Positions 25,401 to 36,400 of a stretch of 64,000 bases of DNA are shown in pieces. The stretch spans positions 1,612,001 to 1,676,000 of the forward strand of contig CM074806.1 of assembly GCA_037447605.1 (NCBI GenBank), given 5' to 3'. The notes beneath the pieces were generated by a model. It saw only the letters and a list, made by a program, of their open reading frames with translations. It searched no databases and had not been told where the DNA came from. The translations under genes were made by a program, and so were the position numbers. Position 1 is the first letter of the stretch; every line of letters begins with the position of its first letter. The stretch is from Zygnema circumcarinatum SAG 698-1b (Eukaryota; Plantae; Zygnematophyceae).

Positions 25401-26429
25401 ATTTCAATCAGCAGGTCTAACCCTTATCTGTCACCGGCATCCTCACCACTAACCTCCCCTGCAGGTCGACCTTTGCCCCCGCCTTATAAGCCGTCTATGG
25501 GCCCTCCACTCTCCTCATCTGCAAGCTTGTCGACTCGTCCCGAACTGCAGAATTCAGCAGGGCTTGATGGTAGCTTCGTTGCTGACTCTCAAGTGGGCTC
25601 TTTCTCCCCGCACTCTGCTGCACCGGCTCCGTTTATAGTAGGCAATGCAACTAAGAATGGCTGGGCATTCGAAGAAGCTGCCCTGCATAGGCCGCCATCC
25701 TTCATGGACATGAAACAGGATGCTGTCCTGCAGAGGCCTGTGGGGGACCCTCAGATTGGGAAGCGCTGGAGTGTGCCTCCACTCCCGGCACCAGGAGGCT
25801 CTGCGCACACCAGAGCGGGTATGGGTGGTGGCACTAGCGGGGCGGGTCTGGGCCTGGGAGCAGGCTTTGACACGCTTGGCTCCATTGGAAAGCGCAGCTT
25901 GGAAGCCGAAGGGGCCCTTGGAGGACTTGTTTATGACATATGGGGAGATCACTTTGCGGAGATTGGAGCAAATTGCACTTCTCACGGAGGCTCGGCCACA
26001 CTTGCAGACGCGGCAGCAACCAGAAGTCTGCTTTCCAAAACCGGCTTCAATCCCCTTGCATCAGCCCCCCCCTCTCCCATTTGTCCTCCACATGCGCCGT
26101 TTGAAGGACAGCCACCCTCTCCCACAAGCAGCCCATTCTCATCCAGCTTTACAGGATTCTCAATATTCTCACAAGCCCCACCTCCTGCACCTTCTGCTTT
26201 GGCCCATACTGACTCTGGATGGGCAGTAAACTCTGCTCCGTCTGGCGACCGAGTGGAAACTGGTCCGGTAGCGCAACCCCCCCCGTTCCTTTTTCCATCC
26301 AAAGAGAGCAGTCTGTTTGCATCGGGGGCTGTAGTAGTGGACAGCTCTCATTGCAGCAATGACAGTTCTGCCTTCGGTTCTCTCACCAATTTAGGGGCAC
26401 TTCAGCACAGATATGGCAGTCAGCCCTAG
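19428..26429 (+). CDS. TMEM131-like type-I membrane protein (2333 aa, one uninterrupted ORF)
   Basis: 7-kb ORF with an N-terminal hydrophobic segment, Ig/PapD-like segments resembling TMEM131 (LDWKRQPV...IINTS; ISLYNPFDAHLQVVE; FPGRLLRKRL; GFSISPC...FRPDFSASQVVQEL), a TM helix LRNLCLLLLTALLAVIT and a long Ser/Pro/Gly-rich tail. Confidence 0.85.
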   Translation: MGFVRWMAVAGMGIQRSVCHGNHLEIAYFLNILRLGFVTLLLSTASSLQLDEKLGHQRQQGEKIPTSSRPNSAKDSSGVVPCNESSWACTDEEQGKETSNAEKAETDSSEEVSKDIEDAKYAVSSNSGYYAGHGDSQSNSGKRGRRRSAGSRQRDSASKVTSGEAGDLESSKSGPSSRGLGQGFVAGDASENFFQDSPADTSQDGEFTWATALRFQAGKSESSTMNVTVLPAFLDWKRQPVCLPVATSFVIINTSNDTSLAVESISTNDIQFYPADFRQTLVPPNGRMLVSMLYLPRFLGTAEGTLLLGTSAGRIAMQMHGRGVPSMFNLEPLVGVNVPAGRISSYRISLYNPFDAHLQVVEAQTHEDFFSLHLPRDAAFEQDSSKDIRQEEKQEGHGRQEGVAKLFLQGPTPLWELGSHESRPILDIKFTGDSIGRYVGVIRLHIKHPQMGLQVLMVPVEINAVGEGLHLAPREISFGTLTNPDQTVVRQVNLINTGSSPVMVEEVVSLAADPNLVEVKFERGLILQPGMMMLAVELIYVGGHETIPTQFPDADFAGSVLADAWWQEGRVEVRTNCSISPHLEIVYTARVMHGYFALIPGDSNIFLLTQYVPWALPGSAGLEDGDSLEQVKGEESKSIPVIAQSMAIVNHYATPLLIYSVIPSDSRFVVFGFVSGVPIAPGVATAPFEIRLNPVALPTMPLVAHLLVSSNLSEMVIPLHVHSGKLHFALPGEANADLKKLGRILNLDLGLVSVGHTLQRGFNVTNVAPKAVAITAISCTLPELVLQLDSVWDHFGNLVGGLAAAEYADIRLWKGSITVPLNKGGGKKTGKASSKANKKRSKSSSVAPVVYLQPGQTAVFGAQVTPTEADLKTGMIEMKTPYETRTISVQYESLMGAVALSPSPLIFPPSFPGRLLRKRLYATSTFSRPVNLSSLISSDVRIVPELTVTQLPPGVKTEIGSVVFDPARGPVEDNYMLGCFGAAAGGVVQGNRPGNNQGKKGNCDAACRGHGVEKTCGWGPHVREVEEQAAWRREEVWLRLRAEGQIDVEASLALQTSLVSNWVVSVKTSLSRPQVIADPAGLNFSRVQVGSAMMQPVRVTNPSDGPVRMQLLVGTAVERNCTCREELPQKKEVSSGRDGWHGLRTVKSDSPLFALAEGGVTEVVVPAKGEAVLGPIAFQPVRLCKVEGVIYVRNNLTRLESAPLVAEGGSGHLDFEERAGPGNALQLNVSAMQLGLEGDTDLEVQRYRLQEEASQKGWPRPVLRKLVAINRGNLPLLVSSLSLVAGRGDCQGHGFSISPCRSFSLAPGQTLPLELSFRPDFSASQVVQELRVSTSAGFESFQLIAQFPHELLTLCVEAAPSSTGDAMLRNLCLLLLTALLAVITNSLRRDFTVAPSPWFSSDSAEAFSTLGKKALASTVLHTRHQPQPMNTDSFSDIKSAEVIDLQLKSSRSLGEGTDSCADRHLDAVFGKSRSLGSAEQFNVTGSSEEVPTDRKSSGFTSVQQPAVGPLVKSESLNNVSSNSRDGGVETSDAVKSTVTESNVCKESVPIESVALSKVESSKGGSPIKGRGPEKGSSGIGTQHWSAKPMRHDVQNAGPEVDGSDSVKREVKQVMAGDARHSSRSPRKATFKQGSQHVHKHVAAEGEVKGAGGAADIFRPKNATTSVTDEAVMSPSTALGAATINPSSMEKERRSRKKKQRHVAIAETGKGDSLSFNGNRVKDEASPPPSPATAGGIASPTIPSSPTLRPIRTRMAVASTPTPLQASLPIFPKNASPPFTSVSGPGGEGERLSVSKILGKAGDNVRSGSSLGLSASPTVTVSLSEEGQGRSPVQRGYSPYLDVPTTSLRQFPHPRGRELSATTGGEDVLGGKEVTVSAAVMGLASGGRNRGNFPTSGKGSSAVPTAAATTDAPSGGFNTSWRAISRHGGATLEQNGENDLARVVGNKDTISGVQERPNNLVGDELELARLLQSPAEGERLGLRSAQVAGGFDISISRSNPYLSPASSPLTSPAGRPLPPPYKPSMGPPLSSSASLSTRPELQNSAGLDGSFVADSQVGSFSPHSAAPAPFIVGNATKNGWAFEEAALHRPPSFMDMKQDAVLQRPVGDPQIGKRWSVPPLPAPGGSAHTRAGMGGGTSGAGLGLGAGFDTLGSIGKRSLEAEGALGGLVYDIWGDHFAEIGANCTSHGGSATLADAAATRSLLSKTGFNPLASAPPSPICPPHAPFEGQPPSPTSSPFSSSFTGFSIFSQAPPPAPSALAHTDSGWAVNSAPSGDRVETGPVAQPPPFLFPSKESSLFASGAVVVDSSHCSNDSSAFGSLTNLGALQHRYGSQP

Positions 26430-27750
26430 GGCCGAGGGCACATTTTGCTGCCAAACCCTGTGCCACTTTGGTATTCGTTAAGTTCCTCCTAGTCTTACTA
26501 CAAACTCCAAGGGCCATTTCTTGCCCGTCCCTTGGAGAGTATGTGACCCTGGGAGCCACTTCTTGCAGAAAGTTACTTGCCCTTCCTTTAGAGAATACGT
26601 GATCCTGGAAACTGGAAAGCCCATTTCTTGCAAAAAGTTAAGTTTCAGATTTAAGGTCTCTGCTCCGCATCGATAATCATTAGCGGGATAATACCTCGAT
26701 CGATTCTGCAGTTCAGATGGAGGGCAAATGTTGTTGGCGTAATGGTCGTCCTGTATTTGTAACCGCAGAAACTGACTTTATTTATGAGGAATCAATAAAA
26801 GAAGAAGCAGCATAGTATCCTCTTTCCTTTCGTCCTTCACTATGTCGTTTTATGTCTCAAATTTCCCTGTCTTTAGGCCTCTACAGCGTATGTCATACTG
26901 TGTTCCTCTCCCCGTTTTTCCTGCATTCATGTTCAACTGATGCAGTCCAACCATATAAAATGACACAAGTTGTAGACTTCTTACTTACTATCTTGACAAA
27001 TTCTGGACCCCATTGTTCTGCTGAAACCTCAACTTGGTCCGATGCTCACTCTGGATGCTGAAAAGCTTAGGCGGTTCTTTGTCAATTCCAGCAATGTGGC
27101 TTTGTAAAAGCAGCGTGTTTCGTCCACTATGGAATCAGAATCTGCTTGCTACGGATTACTACGGATTGGTACTGTCAAGGCTCAGAATCCGTAGGTAGCA
27201 AAGTCGGTTCCATAACGGGAAGCTAAGTCTGAGGCCCCCTAAAGGAAGCGACGAGGTGGCTCAGCCTGCTTCCACAGGATTGCAAACACGTCATCCACAC
27301 TCCAAATATGCACATCAGTTGGATTAGAAGACACCCATGAGGCTCTTGCAGGAAGGCTTCCACGGAGCTCAAGAAATTGATACTTGGATGGGGTTCGGTC
27401 AGTTGCCCAGCTCAGAGCAGTTCAGCCAAGACAAGCAGGACCTCATGCCACAAAAACGAACGCACTTTCACACTTTCGCCGTAACATCGATTGCCAAATG
27501 CGAACACTTCATTTATACAGATGCTTGAAAACGCTTGTTTTGCGCATTTGATTACGATATAAGGACCACTTACTACCAATATGACACTTACTTTTAAACA
27601 CTTTTTTGTGCATTACAAGTCGAACAAAAATCTGGAAATCTCTGACTGGTTTAGAAGACACTGCCCACCACCAGCGTCCAGAAGCATGCCAAACCTTCTA
27701 TGGAATGCCCTACGAAAGCAGCCTAGAGGTACAGGTCCTCCTGCTAAACC

Positions 27751-28473
27751 CTATAATCGCCAAAACTCTTTGACAACAGGATTTGCAAATACGGCATCCG
27801 AGGTCTGCGCCAACACCGCGTTTAAGGTAAGGAGAACCACGGACGAACCGACAATAATTCCCAGAACCACCCCTGTTGTTCCAAGCACCGACATGAAGAC
27901 GGGCCATTCGATGAGCTGTGTCTCCTGCCACACGCCTGACCAGAACCCCTGCTTGCCAGATAGGTCTGCACCATCCGCCCGCCTCAACTCCCTCAGCCGC
28001 GCAATTTCTTGTCCGATATCTTCAGCACTCGATGATGAATTGCCTGCGCTCTTCCCTCCATCTGCACTTTCTGCGGCTCCCTTGCTCACCGCACTCTCCT
28101 CCAAATCAACATCCGCACTCGAGCCTCTGCTTCCAGCGACATCAGTTGCAGCAGGGTTTGGAGGCCCTCTGTCGGGAACAGTAACGGGCGTCTCCCCGGG
28201 TGCTGTTGTAACAATATCGTTACGAGAATCGGCATTTTGACCTGCCCTCTTCCCCCGGGAGTCTATGCCAGCCACCACGGCGAGGGCTCGTCTCCTGACA
28301 GTCCTTTCAAGTCGCTGTCTGTTGCTCAAGGCTCCCCTTCCTGCTGCCGCCAGCCCCCTGTGCGCCCTCGGAGAAGCATCCCCTCGCGTGTCAGCGGAGA
28401 TGCGCGCAGATGTCCGAGGCAGCGGGGAGGCGGCGGAGGGCGGCGCGCAGGGCGTCCAGGCGCAGGCCGCCAT
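27751..28473 (-). CDS. SECE1: Plastid preprotein translocase subunit SECE1 (240 aa, intronless)
   Basis: Transit-peptide-like N-terminus from the ATG at 28473 (gccATGG context). The C-terminal QLIEWPVFMSVLGTTGVVLGIIVGSSVVLLTLNAVLA matches the plant SecE signature. Confidence 0.92.
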   Translation of the reverse strand: MAACAWTPCAPPSAASPLPRTSARISADTRGDASPRAHRGLAAAGRGALSNRQRLERTVRRRALAVVAGIDSRGKRAGQNADSRNDIVTTAPGETPVTVPDRGPPNPAATDVAGSRGSSADVDLEESAVSKGAAESADGGKSAGNSSSSAEDIGQEIARLRELRRADGADLSGKQGFWSGVWQETQLIEWPVFMSVLGTTGVVLGIIVGSSVVLLTLNAVLAQTSDAVFANPVVKEFWRL

Positions 28474-29413
28474 GGCGCCTCTCCTCTCAGCGCCTCTCCT
28501 CTCCTCTCTCCTCCTGTCGTCCCGACCCGCGCGGCCCGCCCCCCCCATTCCGTCTCAGCCAACAGGTCGGACCATTGGGTCCAATGGTTGGCAAGCAATT
28601 GCCAATATTTGCCAACCATTGGCAATGGTTGCCATGGCGCGATGTTTCGCGGCTGCTTCGGGGGAGGACTTGAAGCGTTGTTGAGCGTAGGAGTCGCTTC
28701 CCCTCCAAAGCTTTTTCCTTTTGTGCTTAGGTCCTTTGCAACCAGTTTCTCGTGGTTCCCCATGTTGATGTGTCAATGTACATTTGATGGCATCACCGCC
28801 ATCGTGAGATCAATGCCACTTCCATTCTCTTGCCAATGGTTGGCAACCTGTGGATAGTGACTCGCCTTGCGAGGAAATGGCCATTGCAGTGTACATGTGA
28901 ATGTTCAAAGCATTAAGGAAAGCCTTAAGCCTTAATCAGCGAACGAAGGGGAGTTCAAGCAAGGCCTGGCAGAGCTGCACCACGTGTTCATTTTGATTTC
29001 GACAAAAATACATCTATCTTAGCATCAGCATATGCTTACTTTTGACATGAGAGGACCCGTGATATCAGGAAAGTCTTCACAACCCTTTCGGCCACTCATT
29101 TTCTAATTAGAACCATCTGGATCCGATCTTATGTCAATGTTGCCCACATGGATATCTTCTACAGAAGGAAACGCTTTTACCTATCCAAACTAGTCAGCCT
29201 AACATTAAACCAACTTTTTGAACTTGCTTGCTTTGACTTCGGCTTTGGCTCTGCAGCACTCTCAAAAAAATCACAACACTATGTCACAGTGTCCGGCTCC
29301 TCAAGGCTCCACCGTGTCCTCAGCAATCCAAGCCTGCCCTTACAAGGCTCCTCCAAAAATTAAATTTTCGTCTGCTGGCCTTCAGAATAAGGGCCAAGCC
29401 CAGCTTCGTGGGT

Positions 29414-32085
29414 TCAAGGTTGGATGATGAACAAAGGCTGCTCCACCCCCCACCCATGCACCAAAAATCATAAGCACCTGCTGCTGGAATAAGGAGCAGA
29501 GATTGGCATACGGATTAAGCTGCATTGGAACATTAACATGGGGATTGAATGCCTTTCTGTCCACTTAAAGATCATCAGGGCCATATCTGACAGCGACTAG
29601 ACACTGGGCTCAAAGAATGCTAGTCTTATAAAGTCCGTGTGGTGCTGTGTCTCTGAGTCTTCTCCTCATTACTAATGTGAAAGCTGTAAATGACTGTGAT
29701 GCAGAGTTCCGCAAAAGCACATAGACAAAAAATTGAAGATAATGGCCGAGCAAAAACCTCCACGTCATCTGTCAACAGATAGACCCTGTAGATGGGAGAA
29801 CGCAATCTGAGGCATACTGTATTCCAGTCGTTACCAGGCAGGAGTTGAGAGAAATAGGCTGCAAGACGTACCGTGTCAATCGCCACAGGGGAGGCGTCAG
29901 CAGCCACAATGTCTATGATAGTACCCGACTGATCGGCCTGCAACCACGAATTTCAATAAATGGTGTTTAATATCAGAAGTAACGATTTCAGTAGTGATTT
30001 TCAGGCTAATCCCCCGATTGCAAAGAATTAAGCATATAGCCCGTCTTTGACAAGATTGTCAATTCAACAAGCAGAACTAAACCAATGAAGCATAAATAGC
30101 AGAGAAAGTTTTTATAACTTGAAGTCCTCGCTTCTAGTGACTGCAAACTATCTTGTAGAAGCATGGAATGCGTCCGCACCTCAATTTCGTTCATCAGCTT
30201 CATGGCCTCCACAATGCACACAACTTGGCCCTTCTGTACACGATCTCCAATCTGCGGTTGAAAACAGATTGCAAGCCAAATTCCTGAATTACTCTTGAAG
30301 TGTTAAAAGCCAGCTCCCTCCATAAAAGGGGCCGCCTTTGACCATGCCGAAACAGCCAGGAGCAAAGGCCTGCGAAAATTCCTGCACATTTTCTAAGTAA
30401 GAATCGCAAAAGGAAAGAAACCAACCTTTACAAAAGAAGATTCTCCAGGAGCTGGAGACCGATAGAAGGTTCCCGCCATAGGAGAGCGCATAGGAGGCAA
30501 GGTGGGAGCAGCTGGTGACGGTGCAGCTGGTGCCTCTACAGGGGGTGGAGGTGGCGGTGCAGATTCCTCCACAGCAGGTGGAGGGGCTACGGCAGCTTGC
30601 ATTGGCTGTGGAGGAGCAAACTGAGGGAAAGTGGTGTGAGCCATGACATGGGGTCCAGGCATACTCTGATGGAAGCCAGACTCCTGCCTGAGGGCTTCCT
30701 TTTTGCGAATCACAATTTCATACTTCTTGTGCTTCAGCTCAAGCTCCACAATGTCCCGAGAGTCCACCAGCCTGTGAGTTAAAAAAGAATCATTTCAAAG
30801 CTCTGTATGATACAGTCACCCCTGAAAATTCGGCAGCTCCTGTAACTCCAGCACAGAAATTGAGTTGCTCAATGCAGCCGACGAGTGTCGTTTTTTTTTC
30901 ACCAACTGTCTATATTAAAAAAAAAAAGAATTTCCAAAAATATTTTAGTTATTGATACCTCCTGTATTCCTCTTCCCCTCTTCAACACACGGAGATGAGT
31001 ATACTATGGCAGGATTGAGACACAGGGCAGGGAAGTGTTTAGGACAGTTAACCTAAGCTGACAGCAATAGTCAAAACCTCCTTTTATTTCCAAGAAACAG
31101 CGAAGACAAGAGGAGATCATTTGCCACGGGCAATCTCAATATGCACAAGTTCCTGCACTCACTTAATCAAGTTGGACACGTCTGACATGAATGTAGAAGT
31201 TTCCTGAATCTGAGCGCCATTGCTGGTTTCAGGAGCAATTGAGTCAGGCACATCGGCTTTCAGGCTGCCATCCACTCCGGCAATTGGAGGTGTCCCAACA
31301 GCAACCTGAAGGCCGAGCATCAAAAGAAAGACAAAAGATGATGGAGTCACGGGAATCTTCCCGCCGCAAGAAATCCCTACTGACTGAAAATAGGAGAATA
31401 GCATTGGAAAACGTATGATATAGCTACTTTTTTAGAAACAAACATCATGAGGCAGACAGCGGCCAAGTCCCCGGCCATACTGAAGTGGTTCTTTCTTCCC
31501 GCACAGCCGTATTTCAAGAGGAGGCACGTAGCGCATGGAAATGAGCGAGTGCAAACTTCAAAGCGACAACTTACATCGTTCACATTGGCCGTGCAGTTGA
31601 CAGTCCGATGTCGGAGCTGCGCAGGACCCTACAGACCGAGTTTTCAGTTAGTTCCTGTTCACCCTCACAAGTCCTGTCTACACTACAACACAAGAAAATG
31701 AAGTCCTCCATTCTACATTGCTATCATTTTTATAAATCTTGAAGCAGCATGATCAGCTGGATACGGCTCTCACAATCCCTTCCAAAAATAAAACCCTTCG
31801 AAGACTACCACAGATGCTTTTCAATTCCCGGAGCTCCAAATCAAAAGCCAGACCCTACGCACTACAGTCCCGCAAGAAGCCAGAAGCTTCTTGCTGGACG
31901 ACCGCCCGCTCCAACGCCCTCACCGCAGCCGGGCGCGCGGAGAGCTGCTGTCCCAAGAACGGGCCGGCTGACGCCCTCCCGCCGAAGGCCACCTGCTGCG
32001 AGCGCAGTTCGAGCGCGGCAGCTTCGGGCGGCGCGAGAGAAGCGGTGAGAGACGCGGCGAGCGCGGCGCGCGAGGCGGCAGCCAT
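29414..32085 (-). CDS. accB: Biotin carboxyl carrier protein of plastid heteromeric acetyl-CoA carboxylase
   Basis: Exons at 31924-32085, ~31573-31626, ~31163-31307, ~30425-30772 (LVDSRDIVELELK...PMRSPMAGTFYRSPAPG), ~30178-30260 (biotinylation motif EAMKLMNEIE), ~29874-29940 and 29414-29437 (PLFIIQP*). Confidence 0.95.
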
Positions 32086-32197
32086 GGCGGGCGGAGGGCA
32101 GCAGGCGGGAGGGCACGGAGGGGTGCGAGGGCGCGTCAAGGAAGGAGGGCGCCGCGGGGAGGGAGGGAGGGCGGGCCGCGGGCGGCGGGCGGCCCCA

Positions 32198-32277
32198 CAC
32201 GTGCGGCACTCGCATTGGCCGCCCTCGCACGTGCGGGGCGGCCCAGCGACCGCGCTGGCCCTCCGGCCCGCCACGTG
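32198..32277. promoter_or_regulatory. G-box triplet plus CCAAT in the BCCP promoter
   Basis: CACGTG at 32198, 32228 and 32272, with ATTGG at ~32214. Confidence 0.5.
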
Positions 32278-33445
32278 GCGCGCGCGGCGGATAGAGCGCG
32301 CTCCCTCATCCTTTTGGTTTTGGGGCGGGGGGGGGAGGGAGAGGGCTCGCCGCTCATCCGCGGGAGGAAAGGGGCCGGACAAGGAGGGGGGGAGAGGATG
32401 GGTAAGGGGGGGGAAGGTGGGGAGAAAGGGAGGCAATTGGCCAAGTGGGCTTTTCTTCACAAATTCTACGACTGGTCTGAAGTAGGCAGAGAAGCTGACT
32501 CGTGATGATGTTTGGCAGAAGACAAGCAGTAACTTTATTAGTTTTGTTGATTGGTCGGGTGCATGATTAGCTCGTTGCCTGCGATCGGGGAAGGAAGAAT
32601 CTGTCCTGATCGGTTTGTAGGTGCGAGAATCTCAGTGAATACAAAGAGGGTGAGTGCATCCGTTAATAGTGAATGTTTCCACACGTCGAACATCCATGGT
32701 AGAGCAGCGTCCCTTTTCTGCTCTGACAAGTGAACAAGGCAGGCACGACTCACTGCCAATCACGAAAAGGGATGCAGCAACATCCATGATTTCGGGTACC
32801 CAAAAAAAAGGGAGGGAAAGGGATCCCCATAACAATAATTCATACTGCCTACTCGCGTATCTCAATCCTAAATCTGCAATGTACAAAGTTAGCTAAGTTC
32901 ATCCTCTCTGCAGTTCTAAAACCAATAAGGACTTGAAACAGTCTGTCCTGCCTTAAATGCTTGAATTTCATGTTACAAACTTTCAGCATACCCACCACAA
33001 ACAAAAAAAAGGTCTCGCTGCAGCTGCCATCATGTCTCCGTAAAAGGCCCATGAAGAGAACGTAAAAGTACCCACAGGTAGACATGCCATCAACACACGT
33101 CATCCATCCATCCACCCATCCTCGCGCCCAGTCTGTGTCTTCCACAAGGTCACGACGGCATGTGAGACATCGCATGTGGCTCCAAAACCTTTGGAAACTA
33201 CACACTTTTAGAAGCTCGAATCCGTCCACCCACAGCGGTGTGGTTGACAGGAGGAACAAGATGCTTCACTTCAAAGAACAAAAAATGGGTAACGACGCCA
33301 GCAAGGCCATCTTCGTCAGAAATATACATATCGAGGCTCTAAATGAGCTTCTGCACACCCCCAGGTCAGCAGACACAAGTTTCCAGTGAAAAAGGGAATG
33401 GGTGAGATAGAGGCTTAATGATAAACAAGAGACCAGGGGAATTCT

Positions 33446-36400
33446 CTAATCCCCCTGGATCTCATTTCTAAACATTTGAAGAAAGCAATTGGTGGCCTCA
33501 CATTGATTGTTTGACCGCTGCCTTTCCTCGTTTTTAGGCGGGGCTCCCAAAGAAGGAAGTTCGGCCTGGCTTATCTGCTGTCCAGGCAGTAAAACTGGGC
33601 TCGTTGGAAGGGGTAGGAGCTGCTGCAGCATTATCGATTGCTCTCTGCCGCCGTCACATTTCTGCGGAGATTCCAGCCCTGAACTGCTAGGAGGTGATTC
33701 ATAGGTAGCTAATCGCTCGGTTCCCTGTGACGAAAGGAGAAAAGGCAACAGCGGAACTCTTCAGATTAAAGAAGAAGCGGGGCCAAGATGAATGGTGTCC
33801 TTTAGCATAAAAACATAGGTCTAAATACACCTTCTCAAAGTAACAACAGCTTGATGCCAAAAATGACAGAAAAAGGCATAACTTGAATTGACAGATGTAG
33901 ACCTTGGGTACCACCTCAGCCTCCTCCAGAATTTTTCTTTACTCCAAGAAAAGCTGTGATGCTAAACGATCAAGAAATTTTGCCATAGCCCCTTATCATC
34001 CAGTACCTGTGTAGGATACACAGCCTGTTGTAACTTATCAAACACGTCCTTCATGCGATCGCCCTGAATAATCATACCCTCCACAATATCTTTGGACAAC
34101 TGCAGGAGTACAAATGTGCAACAAAAGATGTAAAGCATGAGCCACCATCAACTTCCCTCTCCAGAAATAATGCAGACATGCCCCTAGCTGGCGAGACTTA
34201 CGCTTTTGGGAAACAAAAACAACGATGTGGCAACACATTTCTACAAGACAGCACTATTTGAACCTTGCTTTCACCAATGAAATGTCTCCGGTTCGAAAAC
34301 ACCGTAAAAGTAATGGATTGAAGGGATGTGTGAAATGATGTTTAAAAACAGTTTAGCTCACCTCTCCCTGCCGAAGCTGAGGTAGCAGCATATGGCCTAA
34401 AGCTCGAAATGCTACTAAAGGAGCACGGACCTGCAAGCAAGTTTGACATTAGTGGCCCCAAGAGGACAAGAGGTTACTGGTAACCAGTTTCACTAGACTT
34501 TGGCCAGTCCAATGGTCAAGAAGAACAATGAATCAATGAGGACTGCAGGCATGAACGAATTGTACAAGATCGAACAGATTCCCGAGTAGCTTGTGTGGGT
34601 CAAAAGGAGCTGTAATTCAAAAACGCGCCTCTTCAATCTTCATCCTTGTACCATATTCAGTCTTGCAAAAGTAACTTCAAGCAAAACCAATGCCTGTGAG
34701 GAGGATGCATCCACGCATAGATCCATGCAGAAGCCTGCAACATGCTTGTCTGATTCCTCCATCCACCCATTTATGTTGTCTGCTACAGGGCATGTAAAAA
34801 ACAAACCTCTCCGAGTAAGCTGTCCATCAGAGCTGCTTTTTGCCACGCACTCTGCTGTATAAGGAGCGCTCTCTGATGCCAGCCCAATCCCCTGCTAAAC
34901 CCTTCAGCTCCACGACTACCAGGCAAGACTACAATACCAAATTTATTCTACGATGAGGGCAACCTTTAGAGAAGGTACGTATCATAACTCATAGACGAAA
35001 TGGAGATGGCCCTCGCACTCGATACAAAAAGAAGAAAGAAAACCCAACCTAGGTGCATTGACACTTTATGCTTCATGCATTGTAAACAGACCTGGTCCAG
35101 AACACAGGCAAGTGCCAGTGTTTGTGCAACCTTCGCAGCCTCCGCTTGCTCCTTTGCAGTAAAGATAGACGTTGAAATTGTTTCCCGCCTCATTACGGCG
35201 GTCGCCTGGCCTTGCATTTGAGAACCAGTCAAAGCGTTTGGCAGCTGAACAACTCCCTTTTCACTTGACGTTGATGAAACCTGACCTTTTCTGATTCTGT
35301 TTGATGCAGTGCTAGACGGGGGGAAAGGCATCGTATTGGAAGGTGGCCAGGCAGGCCGCACAGCTTTCATAGCCAGTGGCCTGGAGCGCTGCAATAACAC
35401 ACACACACACACACACACACACTACTTCTTAGACGCACATTCAGCTAGATTTAGTGAGACAGTAAAGAACGAGATAGAGCTCATTGAGATTGCAGCTTTG
35501 CCACCTTTGGTGTAGAAGACTGCGAACATCTCTCCACCACAAGGAGTCCAACTAAGAACGAGCCTTTTGCAAGAGGGAGGACCAATCCACCACGTTCGGG
35601 TAGCTCAATAGCCTGTAGCCCCACCCAGTTTTTCTCAACATAGTGAGACAGATGCACTTTTTCCAAGGCTCATAACTTCCAGTAAATTATCAAGCTTGAG
35701 ATTTCTGGGTAAGAAATCAGCGCCATCTTGGACATTGCAAGACCCATACTGCACACCGCAACTGCATTTCAAAGAAACTTGCACACTCGGAGCACCTCTA
35801 CTATTTTGTTCACCTCATGAGCCACAACCGCCGTCTCTGCAGTTCGTCCGGCTTGCTTAGCCTCTATGTCGGACACTAACAGAATGATGTCGTGCAATCG
35901 TGCTCCGGAGTGTGATTCAGGGTGGCATGCAACACATCGAAGTTCAAGCTGGCCAGTCGTGTAACTTTCAGGGGTGCGAACATAGACCTGCCCAATGAAC
36001 TGGAGCGAGGTCAGAAAAACTTCTTCCAAACAAAACGTCAGCAACTACAGTTTGACTATCCATCAAACACTTGCCGAAAAGTTCTTGGTTGACCCTGCAG
36101 CTCCGCCACGAGCTGGCTTCACAAGAGTAAAACTATGGTCAAAGAAGTCCTCTAGCAGACCACGGTGGACAACAGTTATGCAAAGACATCAAAAAAGCAA
36201 GCTTTGGGTTGGAGACTTCTTCACGACACTTTCAACGAGGAAGCTCTCCATCCAAAGACAGTGATGAAAAAAACGAAACATCTAGAGAAATATCTGGAGT
36301 AGAGAGATAAAATGCGGAAGATAAAAGCATAACGTTTCATTAGGTGGTACTCTACATCAGGAAAGAAACAAGTCCTGAAGACTACAATCTGTATGAAACT

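Noticed and set aside
19601-26351. Many antisense and alternative-frame ORFs inside the TMEM131-like gene
   Set aside because: They are shadows of a long coding exon, with no independent motifs.
26510-26640. Degenerate CCATTTCTTGC direct repeats after TMEM131
   Set aside because: Short, irregular and not CRISPR-like; probably local slippage in the 3' UTR.
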